A stretch of DNA of 64,000 bases, taken from NCBI RefSeq assembly GCF_964204645.1, contig NC_134036.1, positions 10,953,859 through 11,017,858 of the forward strand, in the 5' to 3' direction. Under the pieces are notes generated by a model. That model searched no databases, was not told where the DNA came from, and worked only from the letters and a program-made list of their open reading frames with translations. The position numbers and the translations under genes were made by a program. Below, piece by piece: positions 26,296 to 37,649 of the stretch; positions within the stretch are counted from its first letter, which is position 1, and each line of letters starts with the position of its first letter. This DNA is from Tubulanus polymorphus. Lineage: Eukaryota; Animalia; Nemertea.

Positions 26296-26718
26296 ATGGC
26301 TTCTGTAATTATAACTATTATAGGATCAGCAATTGTTAACGCTTTAGCATTTACTGGTGGTGGATATTTATTTAAACATATTGATAAAAATGGTTCATTA
26401 ACAGAACAAAAAAGACGTAACTTAGCGTTAGAGAAATACAATAAATCTGCAGAAGAATATAGAGAAAAAAGACAAAACTATATGGATTATATTAACAAGG
26501 AATTATATGATCAGAAGATTTCACATAGAGATTTTCAATCAGTTGATGATGCAATGAGTTTATATAACGCGGTAACCAATAAAGAAAAATAACATCTATA
26601 CAAACCCAAATTATCAGATTATTATACCCCAAGTAATGAACAGAAGAAATATGAAATAATATGGATTTTAGGTGGAACAGTTATTGTTATATTTGTTGCT
26701 TATAAGTTTACTAATTAG
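26296..26718 (+). pseudogene. Viral membrane protein (N- and C-terminal hydrophobic segments, central coiled coil), one in-frame TAA
   Basis: AIVNALAFTGG..LF...E.KR; frame continues past the TAA at 26590 through PKLSDYYTPS..IIWILGGTVIVIFVAYKF to TAG at 26718. Confidence 0.75.
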
Positions 26719-26738
26719 TAATTTTTTTTTCTAAATAA

Positions 26739-27173
26739 ATGGAAGATAAAGTTGATAATATTGATATTATTCCTCATGATATAAATAAAAATAAATTGAA
26801 AATATATTTAGAAAAACAAATATTAGAATTTGAAAGTGACTTAAAGATAAAAAAGAAAAAATATTTAAAAAGTAAAATTATATATTATTTGATTATAAGT
26901 GGTTCGGTTACAATTAGTTCTGTAATAACATTTCTAGCAATATTCAGTCCATTAACACCATTAGCTATATCAATTGGCGTATTAGGATTAAGTTCAAGTG
27001 TTTTAACTGGTATAAGTTCAAAATTAAATATAAAAAGTAATAAAGAAAAAATTAAAACTAATATAAAAGAAATTAATAAATTGAAGAATACACTAGATTA
27101 TATAATAAGTTTAAATGGCCATATAACAGTTGAAGAACAAGATAAATTATTTAAAGAATTCGTTAATTATTAA
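26739..27173 (+). CDS. Two-TM-helix viral membrane protein, 144 aa
   Basis: Basic helix, hydrophobic hairpin IIYYLIISG...LGLSSSVLTGI, coiled-coil tail. Confidence 0.75.
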   Translation: MEDKVDNIDIIPHDINKNKLKIYLEKQILEFESDLKIKKKKYLKSKIIYYLIISGSVTISSVITFLAIFSPLTPLAISIGVLGLSSSVLTGISSKLNIKSNKEKIKTNIKEINKLKNTLDYIISLNGHITVEEQDKLFKEFVNY

Positions 27174-27189
27174 TTTTTTAATTATATAA

Positions 27190-28424
27190 ATGGGGTTTCC
27201 AAAAGCTTTCCAATATAATAAATCAATTAAATATAATATTCCTGCAATAGATTTTAAGAAAAATATTACATATAGAAATGTAGTTTTAAATTCATTAACT
27301 AATTTAGAAATTTATGTCACTGAATCACAGTTTTTTATTTCTAAAATGGAAAATGTATTTAATACATATGAAGTTACTTTTACTCGAGATGAATATCATA
27401 TATATAAAGTAAAATCTAATATGAAATATTGGCAGAACCAATTAGATTTTGCTGTTTATTGTGCAACAACAGGATGTGGAATAAGTTGGAATGATCATTT
27501 AAATAACTTAGATAAAAATTTGAAGTATTCTGATTTAAAATTAATTCACACAATATTTAGATTTCACACATATTTTCAAATCAGAATAATATTAAATGAA
27601 TTAGAATGTCCTTTACCCGGGTCTAAATATTTTAGAGAATTGGATAATAATATTAATCTATCTAAGTTTTATAAATTGAAGAGTTTGAAATAAAAAGAAT
27701 TGATTATATGCATAGAATTTCAGCTTATCATAATTATAAAATTGATAATAATAATGGTTGGGTTAATTTCATTTTAGAAAATGGTGAAGGTTTTACAAAA
27801 TCAGGTATACAAAGAATAAATCAATCTATTAGAACTTATTTGATATGTATTTTAGGTGCGCAAGTTGAAAAAAGATCCCCAATAATTGGAAATTATAACA
27901 CTTCATTCGATGCGCAGAAATAGTTTAAAGTATTATTTGAAGATTCAATTCATAATGATAAAAATAGATCGATTCCAGAAAACATTGTAAGATATCAAAA
28001 TTATTTAGATAAATCACATATTAGATTAAATTATTGTATAGGCCCTAATCTATTTATTATTTCTAATGATTTAGTATTAAAGATGGGAAACATAATTGGT
28101 TATAATAATCTAATTAAAACTGCAACAATAAATAATTCATTTGGATTAAATGATATAAATAAAAAGATTATCACTGCTCCAAAATTAATGGAAGGTGAAA
28201 AAAATAAAAAACATATTCAATCAACTGAAACTAAAACTAATAATATTAAATTAAATAATGATTCTAAAATAAAAGATTATAATACATCAGAAGATATAAA
28301 AACTGATATTATTCAACATGATATAATTAAACTAAATGATGATAATAAATCCCATGAAAATACTAAATTAGCTATAACTTGTATAGGAATTGTAATCGGA
28401 GGAATATTATATTTTAAGATTTAA
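27190..28424 (+). pseudogene. Conserved Polinton protein with a C-terminal TM anchor, disrupted
   Basis: YWQNQLDFAVYCATTGCGIS, RINQSIRTY..ILGAQ, C-terminal LAITCIGIVIGGILYF. Frameshift near 27690 and TAG at 27921. Confidence 0.75.
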
Positions 28425-28440
28425 TTTTTGTATTATGTAA

Positions 28441-30118
28441 ATGGCAGAAGGTGGAGAAGATTTTCCAATGGATCCTTTAGATGAACCTGGTGTAAGTGAT
28501 GAACAACAACCTGATTTTGGTGAAGCAAGTTTTAGTAATGATAATAAAACAGAATATAATACTAATTTAGATGAAGATGATGATTATGATGGAATTAATT
28601 CTGAATTACGTGAAAAATTAAATAAATATTTAAAAGCTCCTGAAAGTGGTAGAATTTCAACTAGAAGAGAAAAAAAAAGAATTTATGGAACTATTAGAAA
28701 AACAACAAGAAAAATATCCTGATAAACATATGGAATTATATAAAATGAAATCTAGAGTAACAGATACAATTGTTAACGAATTATTACCAATAGTTGTAAT
28801 ACATGAAATTGATACTGAAGATGTTGTAGAACAAATTTTAAAAGATGACCCATATTTCACGAATAATTTAGAATTTAAAAATGATTCATGGTATTATAAT
28901 GTTGAATTAAATAACAAAACTGCATCAATACAATTATCTAAAATGGGTCAAGAAAATATTTTTGAACCTGAAATGTTAGCAAGATCTACAATTGAACGTT
29001 CAAAAGGTGGCGCAGAATTTCTCAGAATTATATGGAATGCACTCGATAGAATAAATAAAGAAGAACCAATTCCTAATATTGATATAAACAAATATTCACC
29101 ATTTAAAAATCCAAATCCAAATCCTACTGATTTTGATCCAGAAATGGAAGAGAATAGAGATCGATTAGATAGATTAAGATCTTCAACACCCGAAACATCG
29201 AGAAGAGACACTCAACCAATTGATAATTATTCAAGTCAATTAAAATTAGAAAAACAAATTGATAGATTAAGAGATTCAGAAAAAGAGATGAATAGTGCTG
29301 GAATAAATCGACTGCAATATTTACTAGAAAAAGGATTTCTTAATTTAACTGATGAAGAATTAGAAACATTTCCCGAACAAATACGTAGAGAAATTAAAGG
29401 TATACAAGTATCAGCTGATGAAATTGCTAATATTAAGATGAGATTTTCTAAAATAACCATGTTAGAAAAAGAATTAGCTAATGCAGATGAAGAATTAAAA
29501 CAATTAGAATTAAATAGAGATCATCAAGTAGTTTATGAAGCTGATTATGAAAGTAGAAAGTTAGCTTTAGTAAAAGAAATAGATGATTTAGAATATAACA
29601 TAAAATTACAAAAAGAAGAAAGTGATACATTATTAAAATCATATGATCTTAATCATATTAAAAAATTAAAAGTTATTTTTAAAGATTTAATAATTAAACA
29701 AGATTCTAAAATATCATTGAAAGATAGAATAAAGTTATTATTTAATTTAGAAGGAATAACAATTCTTTCAATTCTAACAGCTGTAACTATGTTATTTACA
29801 ACAATTGGTTTAGCAATATCAAATGCTTTAAAATCTACTCCTACTCCCAATGAACCGGATAAACCCCCGAATGATAATAATTCTATACAAGATAAAGTTA
29901 AAGATGGTTTAAAGAAATTAGCAAAATATTTATGGGAACTATCTAAAAAATCTGCTGCAGCTTTACCAGGAATTATTGCATCAATTGTTGGTTTTATATT
30001 GAAATCTGCAGGAAACATTATTAACTTTGCTGCTGAACATATTATTTTATTTTTAATTACAGTTGTAAGTGCTATTATTTTTGGGTTAGTGAATATGATA
30101 TCAAAAAATATCAAGTAA
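28441..30118 (+). pseudogene. Large acidic/coiled-coil protein with C-terminal hydrophobic helices (candidate membrane-penetration protein), one frameshift
   Basis: MAEGG start; frameshift near 28650-28680; C-terminal GITILSILTAV... and ALPGIIASIVGFIL...AEHIILFL segments. Directly upstream of MCP. Confidence 0.75.
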
Positions 30119-30157
30119 CCATGATCAAAAATAAATAATTAATTTTTTGTTAAATAA

Positions 30158-31406
30158 ATGAGTGGGAGTTATATCAACCCTTCTAAGAATCATAGAATAT
30201 CTAATGCTATTAAAGCAGAAAGATCACATCATATAATTACTCATAACCCTTCTAATATCAATCCCGATGAAACTTTATATGTTAGAATTCATAGATTAAC
30301 ACAAAATACTTTTTATGTTCCAAATAGTATTTATTTATCAGCTGATATAAAAGTAATTGGTCATGATAATAATTATGTTGTTGATAATGTTGGAAGGTAT
30401 TTGATTAAAAAATTAACTATAAAGATTGGTCCAGAAACAGTTTTCTCATTAGATGATTATAATTTATTTATGCATTATAAAGATTTATGGTTAACTAAAG
30501 AAAATAGAAATAATATGATATTTCAGGGTATTCAATCGGAAAACCATAATAAATTAAGATCGGGAGCTAATGACGCAATAGTAACTCGTGCCACAGATAC
30601 TTTGATAAAAAAAGATTTATGGAAGCAAATATAAAATTCCATTAGACTTTGAATTGATAAATAATAATGCACCTTTATATAAATATGTAATTCAAGAAGA
30701 TATTATATTTGAGATAACATTTGCTCCTGTAAATGAAATTGTATTATCTGGCGTTGTTAAAGATATGGGTTATAAATTATCGAATATATGTTTAGAATAT
30801 GATACAGTAACTGATGAAAATATTTCAAGTATAATTCAAACTCAATACAATCAAGGATTTTCATTATTATATGATTATATTGATAAATTTAAAACCGTAA
30901 CTATTAATGCAAATGATGAAATAATTAATGAGAATATTAACTTCCCAAGAAGATCTATTAAAGGTATATTAATATTTTTTACCATTGCAACATATACTAA
31001 TGGCGCAATAAATGTTGATAATTATTATAATCCTGAAATAACAAAAGTAGAAATAACTATCGAAGGAATAGCAAATAAAATATTTTGTCAAGGAATGAGA
31101 ATGATAGATCAGTGGCCAGAAATTAGAAAACATATTATGAATGAAAGAGTAAAATCATCTGAAAATTGTAACATTAATCAAATTGATTATTATACCGGTA
31201 ATAAATATGCATTATGGTTAGATTTTAGAACAACAGAGGATAATTCATTACATGGTTCTTGAAAAAAACTACAGATCACTAAAGATGGCATACAATTATT
31301 CATGACAAAGAATAAGGGAATCAAAAATTTCAAAATGCACATTTATATTATATCTGACGCGCAATTAAATATTGTAAATTCACAATTAGATAGTGTTATG
31401 TATTAA
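30158..31406 (+). pseudogene. Major capsid protein (double jelly-roll), disrupted
   Basis: ITHNPSNINPDETLYVRI, ICLEYD, NINFPRRSIKGIL, YYNPEITKV.ITIEG, YALWLDFR..DNSLHGS*...DAQLNI. Frameshift in an A-run near 30610 and TGA at 31260. Confidence 0.88.
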
Positions 31407-31438
31407 AATTTTAACTTTAATAAAAATTTATATAATAA

Positions 31439-32605
31439 ATGGAAGGTGGAATATATGAAATACAAACTCCAAGTGAAATGATATCAGATATATATTATAT
31501 ATTACCTTATGATGAATACATTAAATATTTTGGAGATTACTTTAATCAATTCAAATATAGAATAAGTAAAATAAAAGATAATATTGAAACTAAAATAGAA
31601 AATAATATTGAAACTAAAATAGAAGATAAGAATGATATTGAATATAAAATAGAAGATAATATTGAGACTAAAATAGAAGATAGTAATAATATTGAAACTA
31701 AAATAGAAGATGTAACAGCATCTACATCTTATAATATACCCTCTACATATGATATTGAATCAAAAAAAGATTATTATAATCCAAAATATTGTGATGTATG
31801 TAAGATATATATATCATATAAAAATTGGGCATCACATAAGAAATCAAAGAAACATATAGAAAAAGAAAAGAATAATAATGATTATAATATATCAGTTAGT
31901 AATATAAAAGATAATGTTAACCCAATTGAAACTAATGATAACATAGATAATATAACAGATAATGTAATAAATAATGTTAACCCAATCGAAACTAATGATA
32001 ATGATATAACAGATAATGAAATAATTGATGATTCTAAAAAACATTGTAACATTTGTAATTTAGATATTTCTAAAAGTAATTTTTCTAAACATAAAAAATC
32101 TAAGGGGCACATAGAAAATGAAAAAGAATTAATATGTGATTATTGTAATAAAGAAATTGAACCTGTTGATAAAATTACTCATTATGAATCAAAATTACAT
32201 CTAATTAATGTTTATAAAAAAGTGGGTATGTTACCATTGTTAAATAACCCTTTAGAATATATCAAATATTTTGATTATAATATTAACCAATATGAAATAT
32301 TCTATAATTTGTTATTACGTAAATTTTTAGATTATGCAAACGATAATCTTGAACAAATGTATAAATTATTATATTTGAGAAGAAAAGATTCAACTTATTT
32401 GATAATTAATTTTGGATATGATATTGATTTTTATTATTATGATTTTGATGAAAACTTTGAAAAAATAAAAGAAAAAATTAATATGCCTACTGATTATAGA
32501 TTAATGATGGCTCGACTAAACTCAATAAATATACCAAAGACTTATGGAGAATTTGATATAAACGAAGATGATTTTATAAATGTATTAGAAACAAAATTAG
32601 AATAA
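31439..32605 (+). CDS. 388-aa protein with NIETKIED repeats and three U1/matrin-like C2H2 zinc fingers
   Basis: CDVC..HKKSKKH, CNIC..HKKSKGH, CDYC..HYESKLH; intact ORF. Confidence 0.8.
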   Translation: MEGGIYEIQTPSEMISDIYYILPYDEYIKYFGDYFNQFKYRISKIKDNIETKIENNIETKIEDKNDIEYKIEDNIETKIEDSNNIETKIEDVTASTSYNIPSTYDIESKKDYYNPKYCDVCKIYISYKNWASHKKSKKHIEKEKNNNDYNISVSNIKDNVNPIETNDNIDNITDNVINNVNPIETNDNDITDNEIIDDSKKHCNICNLDISKSNFSKHKKSKGHIENEKELICDYCNKEIEPVDKITHYESKLHLINVYKKVGMLPLLNNPLEYIKYFDYNINQYEIFYNLLLRKFLDYANDNLEQMYKLLYLRRKDSTYLIINFGYDIDFYYYDFDENFEKIKEKINMPTDYRLMMARLNSINIPKTYGEFDINEDDFINVLETKLE

Positions 32606-32705
32606 TTATTATAAAACTATTTATATATCTGTAAAACTATTTATATATCTATGCACTAGACGTATGAGTAAGAAAGTAAGAATCCAAGAATCCTTGCCAA
32701 GAAAT

Positions 32706-32822
32706 ATAAATTATAAACATAAATTATAAACATAGATTATAAACATAAATTATAAACATGAATTATAAACATAAATTATAAACATAAATTATAAACATAA
32801 ATTATAAACATAAATTATAAAC
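32706..32822. repeat. Nine tandem copies of ATAAATTATAAAC
   Basis: Counted directly; two units have single substitutions. Bracketed by a 42-bp inverted repeat (32640-32681 / 32940-32981). Confidence 0.92.
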
Positions 32823-33013
32823 ATAGTTTTAATATATGATTTATTCATTATTATATATTTCATTTAATAATTCATATTTCTATGGACTAGACGTACGTAA
32901 GAATCCAAGATTCTTGCCAAGAAAGTAAAAAGGTAAGAATCTTACTTTCTTACTCGTACGTCTAGTACATAGATATATAAATTAGTTTCTATAATATTCC
33001 AAATTATAAATAG

Positions 33014-33624
33014 TTATTTTATAAATTTATATTCATAGGGAAATTGAAGTCTCAGTAATAATTTTGAACCTTTATTATTCTTTTATTTATTCATATATTC
33101 ATCATGTAATTCAGTAGGTATAATTTGATTTTCTTCCAATGATTGTTGCATAGATTTTTTATCTTTGTTATAAAATAAAACTAGAAATCTTATATTCTCC
33201 CTAAAGTCTTTAACAATTGAATTACATTTTTGATTTAAAACCCATGTTGTTATCCAAAATGTCTCCCAGAGAAAGCTAGATAACATAACTCACTTTCTCT
33301 AACTTTTGAATCATGTAAATTTGCGCAATCATCTATAATGAATAATGTATTTGATCCTTTATAAGTATCAATTGCTATTTTAATACAATTATCTAAATTT
33401 TCTTTTACTGTTTTAGGATTTAATATAATAAACTTTTTTATCTTAACTATATCTCTATTATACGTTTTATTCATTTCATAAGTAGGACAGAATAATATTA
33501 TATTATCAAAATGATTCTTATAAATAGTTTCTAACAAATCTAATATGAAATGTGTTTTACCACAATTGGTTACTCCAGTAACTAACATATTATGCGGTTC
33601 AAATATAAATAAATCTTTATTCAT
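33014..33624 (-). pseudogene. Packaging ATPase of E2
   Basis: Nearly identical to the intact E1 ATPase; 1-nt deletion near 33255 and TTA>TAA at 33083. Confidence 0.92.
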
Positions 33625-34714
33625 TTATTCTTTTAATTTTACTAGATAAAATCCATTCATTAAATTTATCATCATATCCTTTATATTTCACCAAAGAATA
33701 CTTTTTTCCTTTAAGAGTTTTTGTTTTCAATACTTTTTCTATTTTGTATTCTATTTCATCTGGATTTGGTACAAGTGATAATTCTTGTTCATAGAAATAA
33801 CCTAATATTTCTTCATCTTTTAGATCTTCTAATTTATAAACAAAAGGTTTAGTTAATATTATCTTTTTAATCTTGAATATTTCTTCTGTAAAATTTGGGG
33901 TATAACCTTTATAAAAGGTTTTTCTATATTTAGATATTCTAACATGTTGTCCAATTTTAAATCTAGGTTCACCGAAATCATGTGTAACAAACGCTCCATA
34001 TAAATTATTCCGTACTATTTCTCAATTATCTTCTTTTCTAGCTTGTATAGGTTTCATATTTATAGAACTATTTTTAGAATTATTATAACCTTTCACTAAA
34101 TCATCTAATATATTTATAGACTCATCGATATATTTATATGTTTCATTAGCAGTAAAATATTTCCACATTCTAGTTTTCAATGTTTTATTAAATCTTTCTA
34201 TAATAGATGCTTTTTTATCTGAGTGTGTTGAAAAATAATCTACATCGTTATCAGATAATAGTTTTTTGAAATGTTTGTTATAAAATTCCTTACCTTCATC
34301 AAATTGTATCTTATCTGGAATAGCTTCTTTAAATATTGATTTAAAAGCATTTGTTACTTCTATTCCAGTTTTATTTTTGATTGGAATTGACCATGCGTAT
34401 CTACTGAATATGTCTATAACATTTAATATCCAGAAATATCCTTTGTTGTATTCTTCTAAGTTCTTCATGTCAATTAAATCTGCTTGCCATTGTTGATCAA
34501 TATATGAAACCATAACTTTTCTTGTTAAATAAGTTTTATCCATTTTCTTGTGTATTTGATATGTTGGTTGATTTTGTAACCATGATTTTAATTCACTATA
34601 TGTTATACCACCATTATCAGATTTAATTTTATTCCATAATTCTGAAACGTTAGAATATGATACTTCACTCTCTGGGTTATAATATAAATCTCTTAAATAT
34701 TTTTCTTTTTTCAT
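33617..34714 (-). pseudogene. Retroviral-like (rve) integrase with C-terminal chromodomain, one in-frame TGA
   Basis: WQADL, IDIFSRYAW, QFDEGKEF, IERFNKTLK. Frame continues past the TGA at 34022 through FKIGQHVRIS, KGYTPNF, YKIEKVLK...VKYKGYDDKFNEW. Confidence 0.93.
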
Positions 34715-34720
34715 CTTATT

Positions 34721-35088
34721 TTAATCCATTAATAATAACTTAGATATAGTTTCAATGGCTTTATGATTTGACTTATTTTCTGGTATGATAGGTTTATTGT
34801 CATTGGAATCATCTTTATCATCAGATTTGAATTTTGATTTATATATTACACCGGATAATATAATAACTGTTACTAATCCAATTGTAATATATAATTTATA
34901 ATTACTTCCAGCATTAGAAGAATTAGATGGATTATCATTCGTATCAATATCAGATAAAGTCTGTGATTCATTTATATCAGTTAATTTCTTTTTCTTAGCT
35001 TTTTTTAATTCTGAAGATCTTTTACCTAATTCTCTTGCCAATTTAATTTGTTTCTCGGATCTAGGCTTTTTCTTACGCCATCACTCAT
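34721..35088 (-). pseudogene. Basic single-TM viral protein, probable frameshift near the 5' end
   Basis: TAAATG start at 35088 overlapping the upstream stop; TM LYITIGLVTVIILSGVIY. Confidence 0.6.
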
Positions 35089-35682
35089 TTATTTTAGTTA
35101 ATTTTTGTTCTGATTCATTTTCTGTTTCGACGTTTGGTTGTAGTACATCTGTTTCGTTCTTACCTGATTTACATTCTATAGGTTTGATGTTCGAAAATGT
35201 TATGACACCAGTAGAAATTAATGTCATAACCGATCCTAATTGAAATGAAGCATAACCAACCCATTTTTGTAATTCAGTCATAACTAAGTAGTCACTTTTT
35301 AAATCACTATATAATTTATTTAATCACCAATTGGTATTAACTGGTTACATAACTTAGAATAACATTTGACAATACCATCTGAAATAGAATCATTTATTCT
35401 AGCTAATCTAGCTTCTTCATAAATCTTAAAATATTTTTTTACTTTATCTGGTTTCATAGAGTCTAGTTCTTGAAAAGTAATGATTCTATTTAAAAACTCA
35501 TTAGTTTTTCCACCGGCAATCAATAGTTCTAGATGATGCTTACAATATAAATAGTATTCATAATCTATATTGTTATTAACTTGAATAGAATTAGAAACAA
35601 CTGTATCTTTATTATCACTAATACCTAAATCATCTAATGTTTTTTTAATATCAATACTATTCTTATTAGATTTCTTTGACAT
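35081..35682 (-). pseudogene. Hypothetical viral protein split by a frameshift near 35320
   Basis: ORFs 35320-35703 and 35081-35281 join with a 1-nt shift (…NKLYSDLKSDYLVMTEL…). Confidence 0.6.
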
Positions 35683-35984
35683 ATATATTAGAGAAAAAAG
35701 CAAAAAAAATATTTTAAGTATTCTTCAAATGATACCAGTATCTCTTTAGATTAATACTAGCTTAGTTAAAGGTAAAGAATTTTAGTATTAGTTATTGTTT
35801 TTTTAGTATTTTTTATTTGTGATATAAAGTATTCTTTTTTGAAAAGAAAATATTAAAAATATAATAGAATTCACAAGCTAGTTGAAGTTATTGTTTTTTA
35901 AATACTTTTTTATTTAAAATCTATTTGATATCTCACTACTTTTGTTTATCTATTAGGAGCAGTAATTATAACTGTCCAGATAAG

Positions 35985-36728
35985 TCATTTCGGATCCTTG
36001 ATATCAAATTCCTCAACGTATTGTTCATTATTTGGATCATTATTCCATAATTCAATAAATTTCTTTGCCTTTGTTAACTGTTCTAAATATAACTGTAAAT
36101 CTAGTTTATAAGATTTAATTATGTTTTCCTTCTTTTCTAAAGGTCTTAAATTCTTCCAATTCCAAATAAGTTTTTTATTGTATTCATCATTCATGTTAAA
36201 TTTAGAAATCGGTAACGTATGATCAATATGGTAATAATCCCCATAATTATCTATATTCATTTTATCATCGAATTGAAATATAATCCATGATTTGAGAAAT
36301 TCATCTGAACAACCCAATAAATTAGATAATGTTTCTTAATGTGTTTCTTTGTTGAATAATTGTGTTAATCTAGATCTTAAGCATTGTTTCAATCTAAAAT
36401 TAAGATCTGTTTGATATCTTTCTCTCATATATTCTGCCATATAATAATTATAATGTTCTATATTATCTTCTCGATATTGTTTAGTATATAGTTTAGTGCA
36501 AGTTTTACAGCAATATTGAAGACCATCTTTGCTAATCTTACGCTTACTAAATTCTGTTAATGATTTATCTAATTCACACTTAGAACACTTCTTGTAATAT
36601 ATATTTATAACACGTGTTATTTGTAATATTGATAATTTGTGGTTGTTCTGGTTCCATTTATTATATGTATTTTTTACTAAATTGGTTAATATTTTAGAAT
36701 CCTCTTCCATTTCTTCGACCAACGTCAT
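35985..36728 (-). pseudogene. Free-standing HNH/EndoVII-type endonuclease of the NCLDV type, one in-frame TAA
   Basis: N-terminal CSKC...DGL...CKTC, then LRSRL, LGCS.EFL..WI..QF...M...NYG..HIDH.LP...NLRPL...EN..K. Both ORFs are in the same frame. Confidence 0.8.
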
Positions 36729-36775
36729 CCTTTTTCATTCCTCGTTGCTTTTGATAAGTTGTTTCGATTCCTTGA

Positions 36776-37125
36776 TATCTAAATCATACCACTGAGCAAA
36801 CCGCGCATTCATGCGCGCTTTTGATCAATGCGCATGCGTTAATCATAATTATATTTACATAATGAATATATAATTATGTAAATAGAAACAACCGACATGA
36901 AATATCTAAACGTGTTCGCATTAGGCAAACCGCGCATTCATGCGCGCTTTTGCTTAATGCGCATGCGTTAATCCTAATTATATATTCATTATGTAAATAG
37001 AAACAACCGACATGGAATATCTAAATCATACCACTGAGCAAACCGCGCATTCGTGCGCGCTTTTGATCAATGCGCATGCGCTAATCATAATTATATTTAC
37101 ATAATGAATAGAAACGACCGAACAT
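36776..37125. repeat. Three tandem 110-127-bp units with GCGCATGCG palindromes
   Basis: Units start at 36776, 36903 and 37018; each has AAACCGCGCATTC(A/G)TGCGCGCTTTT and ATGCGCATGCG. Confidence 0.85.
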
Positions 37126-37649
37126 AAAAATTCACCAAACAGATTTACACAATACATTATACAAGTTGTTCGGCCGTTTCTTCCAATACATCATTTGATT
37201 TCTATAAATACAATTTATAATTACAAACATTTTTTCAATTGCTGGTAAATATTTAACTACATCAACAAATGTTAAACTTAATCATTGGAGTCTTAATGTT
37301 TTTGAAATCCTTATATAGTTTCTTCGTCGATCTTTTGGCGATTCTTGTGTTTCTTGTGCTTATTTCTATTGGTTCGATATCCATTGCTGTTGATTCCTCA
37401 GTCAGAAAGAGTATCTTGAGTTTCTCTATCACTTCTTGATGCGTATGGCGTTTTATTAATCAAAAAGATATTAGCGGCAACTCTAGCCATCTAAAAGATA
37501 TACTAAATACACTTAAATATATCTAAAGGTTTCATATTTAATAGCCCTAATAACTACAACAAACAGTACTTACATTTAGATTTATAATTGTAAACTATAA
37601 TCTCCTAATTTCGTTTCGATAGATAGAATATCCTGAGCACAATATTACA

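Noticed and set aside
28657-30114. Minus-strand ORFs within E2 genes
   Set aside because: Antisense shadows of AT-rich plus-strand coding sequence.
32706-32822. 13-bp array, and the 36776-37125 repeats, as CRISPR-like arrays
   Set aside because: Units are head-to-tail with no unique spacers, there are no cas genes, and the context is eukaryotic.
37150-37490. Additional minus-strand viral gene starting at 37490
   Set aside because: Two in-frame TGAs and no recognisable motif; cannot be supported.
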